From the human T2T-CHM13v2.0 reference genome, Homo sapiens, in assembly GCF_009914755.1 (NCBI RefSeq), contig NC_060931.1: a stretch of DNA of 64,000 bases; one strand, given 5' to 3'. The position numbers and the translations under genes were made by a program. The notes beneath the pieces were generated by a model that ran no database searches, was not told the origin of the DNA, and was given only the letters and a program-made list of their open reading frames with translations. Each line of letters opens with the position of its first letter. Within the stretch, counting starts at the first letter, position 1. Positions 28,750 through 44,137 of this stretch are shown here, in pieces.

Positions 28750-29767
28750 CTATTATAACAAATATCTTAGAAATATGAATAAAAAAGATCACTAGGCAGT
28801 ATTACAAAAATACACTAACAAATCACATCATCCCTAAAAAAAAAGAAAAAAATGGATAAATTCCTCGACATGTACCAAAATTGAGTCAAGGAGAAACAGA
28901 AATCCTGAAGAGACCAATAACAAATACAGAGATTATATTAGCAATTAAATCTCATCACAAACGGAAAAGTCCAGGACCAAATCGATTCAATGAAGAACAC
29001 TATCAAACAGTCAAGGAATAATTGATACTAGTGCTTTTTAAACTCTTCCAAAAAAATAGAAAAAGAGGGCCTATTTCCAAACAAATTTTATGAGGCTAGA
29101 ATCATGCTGACACCAAAGTCAAAGATCCCAAAATAAAAGAATATTATAGGCTAATATCCCTGACGAACATGGATGCAGAAATCCTCAATAAAATACTAGC
29201 ATACAAAATTCAACAGCACATTTAAAGGATTATACTCCACAACTAAGTAGGATTTCTCCCTGAGATGCAAGGATGGTTCAACATTTGCAAATTAATCAAT
29301 GTGATACAACACATCAACACAAGGAAACATAGAAACTACATAATCATCTCAATGGATACAGAAAAAGCATCTGACAAAACTCAATATCCATGCATGCTGA
29401 AACTCTCACCAAAAAAAGGCAGAGAAGGAATTTACTTCAACATTATAAAAACCATATACAAAAAGCTCACAGCTAACATTATAATCAATGGAGAAAAACT
29501 GAAAGCTTTTAAGGTCCATACAAAGCAAGGATGTCCGCTCTCACAACTTCTATTCAATACAGTACTGGTAGTCCTAGCCAGAGGCATTGGACAAGAAAAA
29601 TAAATAAAAGGCACATACATCAAAAAATAACTGAAATTATCCCGGGTTACAAGTGATATGATCATACACATAGAAAGCTCTGAAAACTCAACAACAAGAA
29701 AAAACCGTTAAAAGTAATAAACAATTTAAAGTTGCTTATTATAAAATGAATACAAAAAAATCAGTGG

Positions 29768-30062
29768 CTTTTTTTTTTTTTTTTAAGACAGAGTCTCACT
29801 CTGTCGCCAGGCTGGAGTGCATGGTGCTATCTCGGCTCACTGCAACCTCCGCCTCCCGGGTTCAAGCAATTCTGCTGCCTCAGCCTCCCAAGTAGCTAGG
29901 ACTACAGGTATGCACCACCACGCCCAGCTAATTTTTGTATTTTTCGTAGAGACAGGGATTCACCATGTTGGCCAGGATGGTCTCGATCTCTTGACCTCGT
30001 GATCCATCCGCCTTGGCCTCCCAATGTGCTGGGATTACAGGTGTGAGCCACCACACCCAGCC
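29768..30062 (-). mobile_element. Alu (AluSc-like) nested in L1M
   Basis: TSD aaaaaaatcagtggc on both sides. Confidence 0.93.
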
Positions 30063-31424
30063 AAAAAAATCAGTGGCATTTCTATACATAAACCATTTAA
30101 AAAGGAAATTAAGAAAGTAGGAAAATAGCAATAATAAATAATAAAATACTTAGAAATAAACTTAACCAAACAGGTGAAAGATTGGTACACTGAACATTAT
30201 AATACATTGATGAAAGAAATCAAAGGAGACACAGATAAATGTAAAGCTGTCCTGTGTTCATGGATTAGAAGAATTAATATTGTTACAATTTCCATATCTC
30301 ACAAAAAGATCTACAGATTCAATGCAATCCCTATCAAAATCCCATTGGCATTCTTTACAGAAACAGAGAAGAAACAATGCAAAAACTCATAAAGAACAAC
30401 AAAAGATCTTGAATACTCAAAGATATCTTAAGAAAGAAGAACAAACCTGGAGGTATCAAACATCCTGACTTCAAAATATCTTACACAGCTATAGTGTACA
30501 AAACAGCATGGTACTTGCAGAAAATCAAACATGTAGACTAATGGAACAAAATAGAGAGCCCAAAAATAAATCCATGCATTAAGAGTCAGCAGATCTTTGC
30601 CAAGGATGCCAAGAAGTCACAATGGGGAAAGTACCATCTCTTCAATAAATAGTGCCAGGAAAACTGAATATCCATATGCAGAAAAATGAAATCTGACCCT
30701 TATCTCACTCTATACAGAAAAAAAAAAACTCAAAATAGATTATAAACACTTAAATATAAGATTTGAAGCCATAAAACTGTGAGAAGAAAACACAGGAAAA
30801 AGCTTCATGACATTGGTCTGGGCAGTTTTTTGTTTGTTTGTTTTTGTTTTTTGGTTTTTTGTTTTTTTTTTTTTTTACAGATATGACACTAAAAGCATAG
30901 AGAGCAAAAGCAAAAATAGACAAATAGGACTGCATCAAGCTAAAAGGCTTCTTTCTGTCCAGCAAAGGAACAGTCAACAGAGAGAAGTGCAATCTATGGA
31001 ATGGGAGAAAATACTTGACAGCCACATATCCAATTAAGGGGTTAATATCCAAAATAGATAAAGAACTCAAACAACTCAATAGCAAATAACTCCCTTAAAA
31101 TGGGCCAAGGATCTGAATAGATATTTCTCAAAATAAGACATACAAATGGTCAACAGGTATACTGAACATCACCATCAGGAAAGTGCAATTCAAAACCACA
31201 ATATCACCGCACACCTGTTAGAATGGCAATTTTATCAAAAAGACAAAAAATAGCAAGTGTTGGTGAGAATGTGGAGAAAAGGAAAACCTTGAACATTGCT
31301 GGCAGGAATGTAAATTGGTACAGCCATTATGGAAAACAGTCTGGTGGTTCTTCAAAAAATTAAAAATAGAATTACCATATAACCCACCAATCCCAGTTCT
31401 GGGTACATATTTCTAAAGAAAATG

Positions 31425-31728
31425 GGCCAGGCACGGTGGTTCACACCTGTAATCCTAGCACTTTGGGAGGCCAAGGTGGGTGGATCACCTGAGGTCAAGA
31501 GTTCAAGACCAGCCTGGCCAACAACACAAAACCCTATCTCCACTAAAAATACAAAAATTAGCCAGGCGTGGTGGCACATGCCTGTAATCCCAGCTACTCG
31601 GAAGGCTGAGGCAGGAGAATTGCTTGAACCCAGGAGGCAAAGATTGCACTGAGCCGAGATCGCGCCACTATATTCCAGCCCGGTTGACAGAGCGAGACTC
31701 TGTCTCAAAAAAAAAAAAAAAGAAAGAA
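31425..31728 (+). mobile_element. Alu (AluS-type) nested in L1M
   Basis: TSD aaagaaaatg. Confidence 0.93.
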
Positions 31729-32616
31729 AATGAAATCAGAATTTTTAAGAGATATCTGCACTCCCATATCTATTGCAGCGCTATTCGCAGTATCTATTGC
31801 AGCAGTATTCACAATAGCCAAGAAGTGGAAGTAACCTAAATGACTATCAATGGATGAATGGATAAAGAAAATGTGGTTACGTATATACAATGAAGTATTA
31901 CACAGCCTTAAAAGAGAAGGAAATCCTGCCACGTGTGACAACATGGATGAAGCTGGAGGACACTACACTAAGTAAAAGCCAGACAGAAAGACAAACACAC
32001 CACCTGATTCACTTATATGTGGAATCTAAAATAGTTGAACTCCCAGAAGCAGAGAACAGAAGAGTGGTTGCAGGGGCTGGGCAATAGGGAGGTGGTCAAA
32101 GACACACAGTTTCTGTTACGAAGGACAAGTAAGCTCTGGAGATCTGGTGTCTAATGTCCACCATGAGGACTGCAGCTGACAATACTGCACTGTATACTTG
32201 AAATGTGCTAAGAGAGTCAACCTTCAGTGTTCTCACTACACACACACACATACACACACAAGTCTGTAAAGTGAAGGATGTGTTAACTACTTTGTGGCTA
32301 TTTCACAAATATATATGTATATCAACATCAAGTTATACACCTTCAGTATATACCATTTCTATCTGTCAATTACACTCCCAATAAAGCTGAAAATAAAACA
32401 CAAGAAAAAAAAGAAAATCACTTTTCCCAATAGGTACTTGGTACAGCGGACATTTTTTTTTTTTTTTGGTTAAGGAAATGGAAGGAAACTGACATAAAAG
32501 TACACATTTAATTTAACAAGCGATTACAGATCACCTAGTGGGTACAATGTGTTACTAGGTCAATTGGAAGACTCTAAAATAAATAAAATTTTGTCTCTGA
32601 ACTCAAAACATTTGCA

Positions 32617-34285
32617 GTCTCCCTCTCCCTCTCCCTCGCACTTGCCCCATGGTCTCCCTCTCCCTCTCTTTCCACGGTCTCCCTCTGATGCCGAGCCGAA
32701 GCAGGACGGTACTGCTGCCATCTCGGCTCACTGCAACCTCCCTGCCTGATTCTCCTGCCTCAGCCTGCCGAGTGCCTGCGATTGCAGGCAAGCGCCACCA
32801 CACCTGACTGGTTTTCGTATTTTTTTGGTGGAGACGGGGTTTCACTGTGTTGGCCGGGCTGGTCTCCAGCTCCTAACCGCGAGTGATCCGCCAGCCTCGG
32901 CCTCCCGAGGTGCCGGGATTGCAGACGGAGTCTCGTTCACTCAGTGCTCAATGGTGCCCAGGCTGGAGTGCAGTGACGTGATCTCAGCTCGCTACAACCT
33001 CCACCTCCCAGCCGCCTGCCTTGGCCTCCCAAAGTGCCGAGATTGCAGCCTCTGCCCGGCCACCACCCCGTCTGGGAAGTGAGGAGCGTCTCTGCCTGGC
33101 CGCCCATCGTCTGGGATGTGAGGAGCCCCTCTGCCTGGCTGCCCAGTCTGGAAAGTGAGGAGCGTCTCTGCCCGGCCGCCATCCCATCTAGGAAGTGAGG
33201 AGAGCCTCTTCCCGGCCGCCATCCCATCTAGGAAGTGAGGAGCATCTCTGCCTGGCCGCCCATTGTCTGAGATGTGGGGAGCGCCTCTGCCCCGCCGCCC
33301 CGTCTGGAATGTGAGGAGCGCCTCTGCCCGGCCGTGACCCCGTCTGGGAGGTGAGGAGCGTCTCTGCCTGGCCGCCCCGTCTGAGAAGAGAGGAGACCCT
33401 CTGCCTGGCAACCGCCCCGTCTGAGAAGTGAGGAGCCCCTCCGCCCGGCAGCCGCCCCGTCTGAGAAGTGAGGAGCCCCTCCGCCCGGCAGCCACCCCGT
33501 CTGGGAAGTGAGGAGCGTCTCCGCCCGGCAGCCACCCCGTCCAGGAGGGAGGTAGGGGGTCAGCCCCCCGCCAGGCCAGCCGCCCCGTCTGGGAGGGAGG
33601 TGGGGGGGGTCAGCCCCCCGCCCGGCCAGCCGCCCCGTCCGGGAGGGAGGTGGGGGGGGGTCAGCCCCCCGCCCGGCCAGCCACCCCATCCGGGAGGTGA
33701 GGGGCGCCTCTGCCCGGCTGCCCCTGCTGGGAAGTGAGGAGCCCCTCTGCCCGGCCACCACCCCATCTGGGAGGCGTGCCCAGCGGCTCATTGAGAACGG
33801 GCCATGATGACAGTGGCGGTTTTGTGCAATGGAAAGCGGGGAAAGGTGGGGAAAAGACTGAGAAATCGGATGGTTGCCGTGTCTGTGTAGAAAGAAGTAG
33901 ACATGGGAGACTTTTCATTTTGTTCTGTACTAAGAAAAATTCTTCTGCCTTGGGATCCTATTGATCTGTGACCTTACCCCCAACCCTGTGCTCTCTGAAA
34001 CATGTGCTGTGTCCACTCAGGGTTAAATGGATTAAGGGCGGTGCAAGATGTGCTTTGTTAAACAGATGCTTGAAGGCAGAGTCATCACCACTCCCTAATC
34101 TCAAGTACCCAGGGACACAAACACTGCAGAAGGCCGCAGGGTCCTCTGCCTAGGAAAACCAGAGACCTTTGTTCACTTGTTTATCTGCTGACCTTCCCTC
34201 CACTATTGTCCTATGACCCTGCCAAATCCCCCTCTGTGAGAAACACCCAAGAATGATCAATTAAAAAAAAAAAAAAAAAAAACAA
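32617..34285 (+). mobile_element. SVA retrotransposon (SVA_D-like), antisense to COBL in intron 2
   Basis: Short (CCCTCT)n head, Alu-like domain, GC-rich VNTR ~33050-33770, SINE-R, poly-A; TSD aaaacatttgca at 32605-32616 and 34286-34297. Confidence 0.97.
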
Positions 34286-36494
34286 AAAACATTTGCAAAG
34301 CCCTAGGTGCCTGATCAGCCAGAGGCACTCGTTCATTCCTCCGTGACCCTGAGCATGAGCTGCGGGGCCCTAACACTGAACCATAAACCCACAGGCAAAC
34401 CCAATCCTACAAGAATCCCTAAAGTGCCCTCTTTCTCATGCCAATGCTACAAGAAAAGAGCATCAATAATGTTCTCATTGATACAAACAACGCTCAAAGC
34501 TATCTCCATGACAATATTTACCCTCATCCACTCTCCAGGAAGTGATTAAGGAAGAGCAGGTGCCAGTAAGGAAGATACTAGACACCCCTGGGAAGTGGGT
34601 GCTGGTGGCAGTGGGAGCACCTGGTGCGGCCTGGGCAGCCCCAACCCTCCAGAACCCCACAGCGGGGCGTGCAGGTTAATAACTACCATGAGTTCTGATT
34701 CTTTCAGATACTGGGTAAAAACCTTCAACTCAATGAAGAGCTCCAGGAAACAAAACAGGGAGAACATCACTATGCACATGCAGACACGACAGTCCACAGA
34801 GAACCCTCAGCATAGCGAACAGACTTCTTAAAAATGCGAACACCACAGGCTCCTGACCACATCCTGTGTATCTGTGATGAGCCTGTGGCCACACCGTGCA
34901 CTGCCCATGGTGTCCTCCAGTCCTCCTGCGGTCTGAGGATGGGGAGTGGGTCCCTGGATTTCCATGAGGCAAGGGAGCTGGGGTCCACTCTTGTCTGACC
35001 TGACTTGCTTTCCCTCTAATCCCCACCAAGAGGCTGTCTCTACCCAGTAAACAGATACAAATCAGTTGTCAAACACAAAAATTACACGAATGCAACTACT
35101 GTGATCCTCTGTTCTTTTAGTCCAATAACTGGTGACAGGTTTGGAGCATCTAGAGAGGTGAAAGGGAGTGGACAGCCCGGGGCTCCACAGCTTTTCCCCA
35201 GCACAGAGAATGATCCCACCTGGCCACGGCAGAAGCCAGTATGCAGTGTGCTCACAGAGGAGTATATTAATTGCAGCCAAATAAATAATTGAGTGCCCAA
35301 ATCTCCACCTTGTGTGCCAAATGGATCTCCACAATCTGCTGGTCAATACTCCACAATGTGGGCCTTTACACCCCTGCCCCACCCTGTGAAGGCAGCTCTG
35401 CCCAGCAAGTGCTCCTCATGTGAAAGCTGCCATGATATCTTCAGCAGTCGAGGGTGGGAGTAGATCATCAACAACCCACCTGCCCAAATTTAAATTGGGG
35501 GGAGGCAAAACTCCACCCCCAAACCCTATAAGGACATGATACTAAAACCCAGTCCCCACAGACATGAGTTATCAGACATGCTTAAGTTACTTGCAGGGCA
35601 CAGTTACCCTCTCAACCTGGAGGAAACCTCAGACACCATCCCTTCCCAGGGCTGGAACCCGCACCCAGGACAGCGGGGCTTCCACATGAAAGTGGGAGGT
35701 TTGGGGGCTGCCAGGAGCTCCAGCTTTGGCTCTTGCTTTGCTCTCTCTGGGGCTGCCTCTATTTGTGTCAGGTAAACACAGCTTTCTAAGGAAGACCTGA
35801 CTTGGTGGCATTAAAGAACCTAGACACACACAAGCTCAACCCTGTGAGGACATGGGTCCAAAAGCAGGAACTCGTCTTATGATGTTTCCTGCAGGGTTTG
35901 AAACTTGGTGTGACCCTTCCCAGTCTCATGTAAAATTCAGCTCGATTGACTACTTTTCCACTACACACTTTTCTGGAGCACGTCTTTGCACAGCAAGGTG
36001 TGAGGGAATGCCGTTTCTGCTACTTTGCACCACGCCCTTTAAGTTGCTACTGGCTGACATTTTCAAATGCCAAACTCCAAACAGCCAGTTCTTTCTAGCC
36101 TCCTTTGATGCTACTGGAGAATTCACCCAGAGAGGCCACCCTTGGGACAATGGCAGTGCCCAACAATGGACAGAGAGGCACAGCTGCTGCCTACTCTCTG
36201 TGGGTTTTCCTTACACGCTCATCAGATCCCAACCTGCCTCTCATCTCCTGAGGACAAAGGATTAATGATTCTCTAATTGGGTGTTACAAGTGCATCCCTC
36301 CACAAGACCTCAGTAGGTCACTGTGCCACTGGGCCATGGGCAAGTGGAAGAGGCTGCCTGGCCACTCACACATTCTCACCACCTCCTGGGTCTGACCTCT
36401 CCTCCTCACCACCTCTGATGGAGCAGCCCCATCCTGATCTGCAGCTTTGCCCATTGATTAGGGATTGGGCGTGATTTCCCACATCAGCACTGGG

Positions 36495-36730
36495 TGCAGT
36501 GATGGCGCTCAGAACAGCCTGCCTGGGATGGAATCCTGGTACCACTGCTCACTGCCTCTCTGACCTGGGTGGGGCTGACTGCATCCTCTGTGCCTCAGCT
36601 TTATTACTGGTGAGAGCAGAATGACAGTGCCCACCTCACAGGGTGGATAGAGTTTTACGTGAAGTAACATTTTTAAAGCACCGAGCACAGTGCCAGGCAT
36701 GTGGTAGGCACAAGGTCAGTACTTGCTAAA
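36495..36730 (+). mobile_element. MIR
   Basis: gaatcctgg...ctctgtgcctcagcttt...cctcacagggt...cacagtgccaggcatgtggtaggcac. Confidence 0.75.
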
Positions 36731-37949
36731 TAAATGAGTTAATTTGCTCCCACCTTTTCTATTTTGGATTCTACATAGTAAGGCATTCGCCTAGCTCAGG
36801 GCAGAGGATCACCTATCTGTATGTTGCCAAACACCATCCTGCTCTCAGCAAATACCAAGATATTAGACCCTTTCAAAGCAACATCTTTGAAGCAATGCAG
36901 AATAGAGTTTCTCCAATTGTACAAAGAATAAAACTAAGACAATCAGACCCTCTCAGAATGTCAAACAAAGAGTCAGGTATGTTAGGAAAGTGACTAGGTC
37001 TAGGGCTCTCCCTGGCCTCAGGGATGATCCCATAGGATCGCCATTTTCATTGACTACACAGACATCAAGAAAAATCTCATCTCTCTCCTTCTCTCTCTGC
37101 CTCTCCTCTCTCTCTCTCATCATCTATCTACATTCAGGTTAAATCTCAGGTTCAATGGAAGGATAAAAGACAGTAACAAAATGGAATGATTACCTTAAAA
37201 TCAAGAGAGCAGGGGTGGAGGGGGTTATGAGAGCAGGCCTTTCAGGTTTCTCTCCCCTTCCTCCGCGACATCATTTTTACCTCTAACGTCTTTACCTCTG
37301 TTACCCCAAATGCCTTTTAAGTGCTCATAAGATAGAGGTAAATGTTATTTTTTTTGTATTTGTTGTGGTCTCTGATTTTAAACTTAATAGAATTATTATA
37401 CTTCTTTAAAAATAATATTTTCCAAATGTGTACAGACTTCAAAAAATTTTTTTGAGTCAGTGACTTCAATTAGAAAAAAACTGGTTTTCTTTTGTAGGTG
37501 GTTCTTTTTGAAATCTTAGCAGAGCCCTAGACAAGAAACGGAGAGCCTGTGCCAATACCCGTCCTAGTGCAGAGGGGCCACTGCCCCTCAGAAAGTAGGC
37601 AACAGCAAAAGACTGCTTGGGGAACACACAATGTCAGAGAAGCCAAGTCCTACTTCCATTTCCATCAGACCCTGGCCAATTAATGAATTACCCTTCTCTA
37701 ATTGAGGGGACTTCGATCTACATTACAAGCCAGCTGTCCTACCAGATCCTCAGACCCCATTCAGTGTGGAAATGGACTGAAAAATACTCTGTGATGAGGC
37801 TGCCAAGGGCCGTTCTTGAGCCGCTGACACAAATCATTCCTACAGTCCCCCTGTTCATGCCACCCCACCAGTGAGACCTTGGGCTCATTCTTAGGACTGC
37901 GTACTCATCGAGTATCCCTGACATCTAGCAGAGCTAGTGGCATGCACCA

Positions 37950-38130
37950 TAGCAAGGGATTGCAAACTTTAACACGCAATCTGAACCTTCAGGGCTTGCT
38001 GAAATACAGATTGCTGGGCTCCTCCCCAGCATTTCTACTCAGGTCTGGGGAAGGGCTGGGAATTTGCATTTCTAACAAGTTCTCAAGTGAGGCCATTGTT
38101 GCTGGTCTGGAACCCCACTTTGAGAATTGC
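37950..38130. mobile_element. MER5A-like
   Basis: aatacagattgctgggcc...aggtctgggg...gaatttgcatttctaacaagttc...cactttgagaa. Confidence 0.75.
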
Positions 38131-38425
38131 TAGACTCTAAGTACCCAGGACGTGCACACTTAGTATGTATGTGTTAAGTAAATAGGTAACTCAGTGCCAA
38201 GTTTACAAATCACTTTAAAGTAGCTGTAGCTACTTCCCAACACAATGTTAAAACAAATTTAATTTGCATGAACTGTCAAATCTTAAACTGGTCCAGAGTG
38301 GCCTAGTTTCTTGTGTGGGACCAAGGCCACTCTGTGGCCCTAAGCTCTGGATGAGGCAGACTCTGGCATAACAGAGTCAAGCCCTGGGAGAGAGTCCAGT
38401 CTGACAGCTTAATATGGGTCCTCTA

Positions 38426-38740
38426 CAGCAGCGGTCCCCAACCCCCTGCCACAGACGAGGACCAGTCAACGGTGTGTTAGAAGCCAGGTCGCACAGCAGG
38501 TGAGCAGTGAACAAGTAAGCATTTCCCCCTGAGCTCCATCTCCCGTCCAACCGCAGTGGCATTCGATTCTCATAGGAGAGTCAACCCTATTGTGAACTGC
38601 GTATGTGCTCCTTATGAGAACCTAGTGATACACATAATGCGCTTGAATCATCCCGAAGCCATCCCCAGCCTGGTCTGTGGAAAAACTGTCTTCCACAAAA
38701 CCAGTCCCTGATGCCAAAAAGCTTGTGGCCCACTGCACTA
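38426..38740. mobile_element. MER1B-like hAT-Charlie
   Basis: cagcggtccccaaccccc...gattctcataggag...ccagtccctgatgccaaaaag...cactgc. Confidence 0.8.
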
Positions 38741-39198
38741 CAGGCAGTTCGTGCTGACGGGGCCCTACACAAAGGGACACATCAGCAGAACACAAAAAGG
38801 GTCAGTGTGGAGACAGGTGACCTGAGGAAGCCCAGAACCAGGGAAGTCTAGGTGTGAGGCTGAGGTCTCTGTAAGGATGCAGTTTCTGAGAGGCCTGGGT
38901 CCCGGGCCTGTCAACTGAGGTGAGTAGGGGCCTACCTCGCAGATGCAAATCAGAAGCCACATCGCCGGAAACAGAACCCATGACTAACAACAGAGCCACA
39001 GTGAGGAGGACGGTGTCAGACCTCAGAGAGTTGGCCAAGCCCTCACAAACCCACACACCTCCTGGGGCCAAGCAGCTGCTACCAGTCTGTGAGGGCTCTC
39101 ATGATGTGAATTTAGTGGGGGCGGGGGTTGCTGCTAACTGGAAAGGGAATGCCTTCTATAAAGGCATCCGCATTTCAAAACTGTTAAAAGACAATGCT

Positions 39199-39486
39199 GG
39201 CTGTGGGCACGGTGGCTCACGCCTGTAATCCCAGCACTTTGGGAGGCCGAGGCAGGCAGATCACTTGAGGTCAGGAGTTCCAGACCAGCCTGGCCAACAT
39301 GGTGAAACCCCGTCTCTACTAAAAATGCAAATATTAGCTGGACGTGGTGGCACGCATCTGCAATCCCAGCTACTCGGGAGGCTGAGGCAAGAGAATCACT
39401 TGAACCTCGGAGGCAGAGGTTGCAGTGAGCCGAGATTGTGCCGCCACTGCACTGTAGCCTGGGCAACAGAGCAAGACTTCATCTAT

Positions 39487-39533
<47 letters not shown>
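39199..39533 (+). mobile_element. Alu with (TAAA)n tail
   Basis: TSD aaagacaatgctgg. Confidence 0.95.
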
Positions 39534-39535
<2 letters not shown>

Positions 39536-41398
39536 AGACAATGCTGGTTGTGTCCTTTGACATGGAGAGAGGTGATGTGCAGAGTCTGGGAACCTGGGAA
39601 AACCACCAGTTACCCTGTCCAGATGGGATGTGTTACCTGGACAGGTGTGAACAGGCGATCTCAGACATGGAGTGCATTCTGGTTGGCTTCAGCCTTGAAG
39701 GAATCCCTTTGCTGACCACAGTAACTGTGACCTTTCTTAATTCTGATCTCCTCATTTTTTGGCCTACATCTTGGAGGTCACCTTACTTCATAATCTAGAG
39801 CCTTCTGTGTCCAGATTATAAGCAAGTTAGTTGTTTTCTATGTGATTCTCACTCAGCAGATCAATCAACATGTACCCTGGGGGCCCCTGACATAGCCCAG
39901 TTACCCTTAAAATCATCTGTTAGTGTTGGGCTTAAAAATGCATGTCAATTTTGTATGCTACTTTTCATATAAAACTATTTTTCCTGTGTTTGAAGAAAAT
40001 TAATACTGCGATGCAACAGCTTCCTCATTGCTTGCCTAGCACTGTTCCCAGTGGCACACGCAGTCTTGTTTGAGATCGGTGGAGCTGCAGGGAGGCCTAC
40101 AGGATACTCTTCAGTACAGGCCATACCAGTGTCCAGGCCAACATACCTCCTGCTTCTCAGCCTAGCTTCAAGCAATATTGAATGCCCTGCTTCTCACATA
40201 AACCGGCATTTTGCAAGTGTTATTTTTTTTTTCTACTTGCTGAGGAGTCTTCTTCACAGTGCCTCACGAAAGTTAGCAATAAACTCAGTATATATTTTGA
40301 CCCATGAATAAATAAGCATGATCACATGCTTTAATCCATCAAGATCTCACACCATGAGACCTCCCTTACGTATAACTGGTATAACACCAATGTCAAAAAC
40401 ACCAACAGCACCTTCTGTGAACGTTTAGGAAGAATGTGTCCACCTTTTGTGAAGATAAGCAGTTCATAGTTTATAGCCAGCTCCTTAACCTTGTCACTTC
40501 CCCACAAAAAAGATTTTCGTAAAGAAAACATATTAGAAATCGGATGTTGATAGCATTCTGCAAATCACAGTGGGCTTTTTGGCATGTTTTTGTTTTTTTC
40601 AGCTTTGTTTGGATTAAGCCCACACAAATAAAGCCTTAATGAGGCAGAAACATCACAGGGAGGTTGGGAAGGCGGGCATTAGAAATGATGAGTGAAGATC
40701 CAGATGATCATACCCACTGAACATACCAAGACTCACTTCTAGCTCAGGTTACCAAAGTGGGCTCTGGCTCACAGGAATTTACTCTATTGTAATGGGTAGT
40801 CTTCGAATAGAAGCATAATCACACCAAGGTGCACCTGACTTTTAACCTTGTGACTTTTGGAACAGCCTTCTTGGGGCCTACTCAACAGTGCATGGCAGCA
40901 AAGCTGTCCTCTCGAAAGTTACTTCCTTCAGCCTCTGGGGCCAGGACCTCACATCCAAGAGTGCAAGGCCAAGGCCATGACCTTTCAGAGGCTGTACATG
41001 TGCTCCATCAATACCTTCACAGGACAGAGAGGGATGAGGGTCCCTCCCAGCCTCCCTTCCCTTGCACCTGAGAACAGGTGAGCCCTCTACAGAAGGAACA
41101 TGGAGACCCAACACCTGCTGCTGCAAGAGTCCTGTGCTGTTTCACACAGACAGGGACCTAAAACTCCCTGCACAGGTCTAAGCTTGTCTGTTGTAAAGGG
41201 GATGCAATGGCCTGTAAAGGCAGAATCACAGGACTGAATATGAGGCAGATTTCCTCTCTTCTGCAAAAGGAAGGCTTGCCTTCTTCTGCCCTAGCCCTTG
41301 GCCTTGAACACCAGTTTGGACACAAGGCACTGACCATATCATAATGACACAGCCTAGCACACTAAATACCTGACACCCTTTTGTAAAGGGCTCTTTGA

Positions 41399-41687
<289 letters not shown>

Positions 41688-42547
41688 AAAAGATCTTCTG
41701 TTCTTGTGCCTCAATTAAAATGATGGGATTGTGGCCTCTGTCCAGCAGCTGTGTGGGGTGCTGGTAATACCATCCTTAAGGTAGGCCAGAACATTTCCCC
41801 TATGAACGGCTCAGAGCACCAATTCTCATGTCTTAATCTGTAAGAACAGACTTCAACTTTTATTTATGTTTCTTAATTCAAGGGAAGCTAAAAAAAAAAA
41901 ATTCACTGATTTTCCATATGGGATTATCAGCATCCAATTACTAATGTGTTTCCTTTGTGGAATCCTTCATGTCAGGAAATAACACAGTTAAGGGGCTGAC
42001 TATAAATTACAAACTCCTTGCTTACCCTATGAAAAGGTTGCATGTTCTTTACTAAACCCACTTTTTAAGACAGAAGAGAAACCACAATGACAAAAAACAA
42101 GTAGATCTATTTTAAGCAAGGGTCAGGAATTTAACTGCAGCCCACTCTTATATTAATAAAGAGCATAACATAAAACCAATTCCCAAAGCAAGGAGCTACT
42201 GCATCCGCAATAGTTATCCCACCAAAGACCCACTGGAGGCAGCTCACAGCTGCTGCTATAACTCACTGATGCTTCAGGAAACCATGAGAAGGGATAATAA
42301 TTCACTACTTAAGAAAGATAACATTATTTTAACACTCCATCTCTAAGGCTGCACCTATTCTCAGTCACTACATTACAAAACTTCATGGTGGCAACCTCTA
42401 CTTTATAAGGGAAATAAAAGAAATGAAAGCATTCTTTTAAAATAATATTTTTACTTTTAGAATGCGCATTCTATTCTTTCCTTGTGCATTTGTAAAACTG
42501 GATCCATGGACTGCAGAATTAAGACATGATCCACAATGCCATTTTCT

Positions 42548-42923
<376 letters not shown>

Positions 42924-43649
42924 TAAACCCTAATATACCCACTGAGAAAATTTCATGCATATACTAAAGTGTTTTTTAAAACTATAATAATGCGACTAAT
43001 TTCTTACGTTACAAAGTTATATAGGAAAAGTGTACTTTGGCCTATGACTACTTTATAAAACAAAGAAACTCACAGAAACTCCTGTCTCTCCACTGTGCAT
43101 GAACCCTGGGGGGAAAGCCTATCGAACTGCCGCAAGAGATAGTGGCTTCCGGTGGACCAGGCTTTGAGCCCAGGCACCTCCCACCTTGATCCACTGTAGA
43201 CAGTTAATTGCGCCTGAGCCCTCCTGCTATGATCACAGCCACAGGGCCCCCACTGAGGAGCAACCTCCCATTCTAGCCCAGTGGCACCACACTGGAGAGC
43301 AGGCTGGCCTCACCTGGTGCAGCTGAAATACTGTATCCCATGACTCAACAGTTCCAATCCTAGGTATATTCCGAGGCCTCGAGCAATGCTCCCCAAATTT
43401 TTATTCACTTATCTCATAAAATACTTTTGAAAAATGTATGCACCCCTTTGCCAATTAGACTGTCACCTGGAATTTTGATTATAAACTGGTTAATTTGATA
43501 AAGTAACAAAATAGTTGCAAAGGATTAGGTAATTTCAACTATAATCTAAATACTGGTATTTTAAAATAAAATGCTTACATCACTTTTTAAAAGGCATCTG
43601 TGAGAATAAAAACACCCAGAGTGATTTAATTTTCACCGTTATCCATTAA

Positions 43650-44137
<488 letters not shown>

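Noticed and set aside
32937-33964. Long ORFs up to 187 aa
   Set aside because: Artefacts of the stop-poor SVA VNTR.
43120-43150. CTCF-like motif (ccgcaagagatag)
   Set aside because: Mismatches in the core GGC positions; too weak to call.
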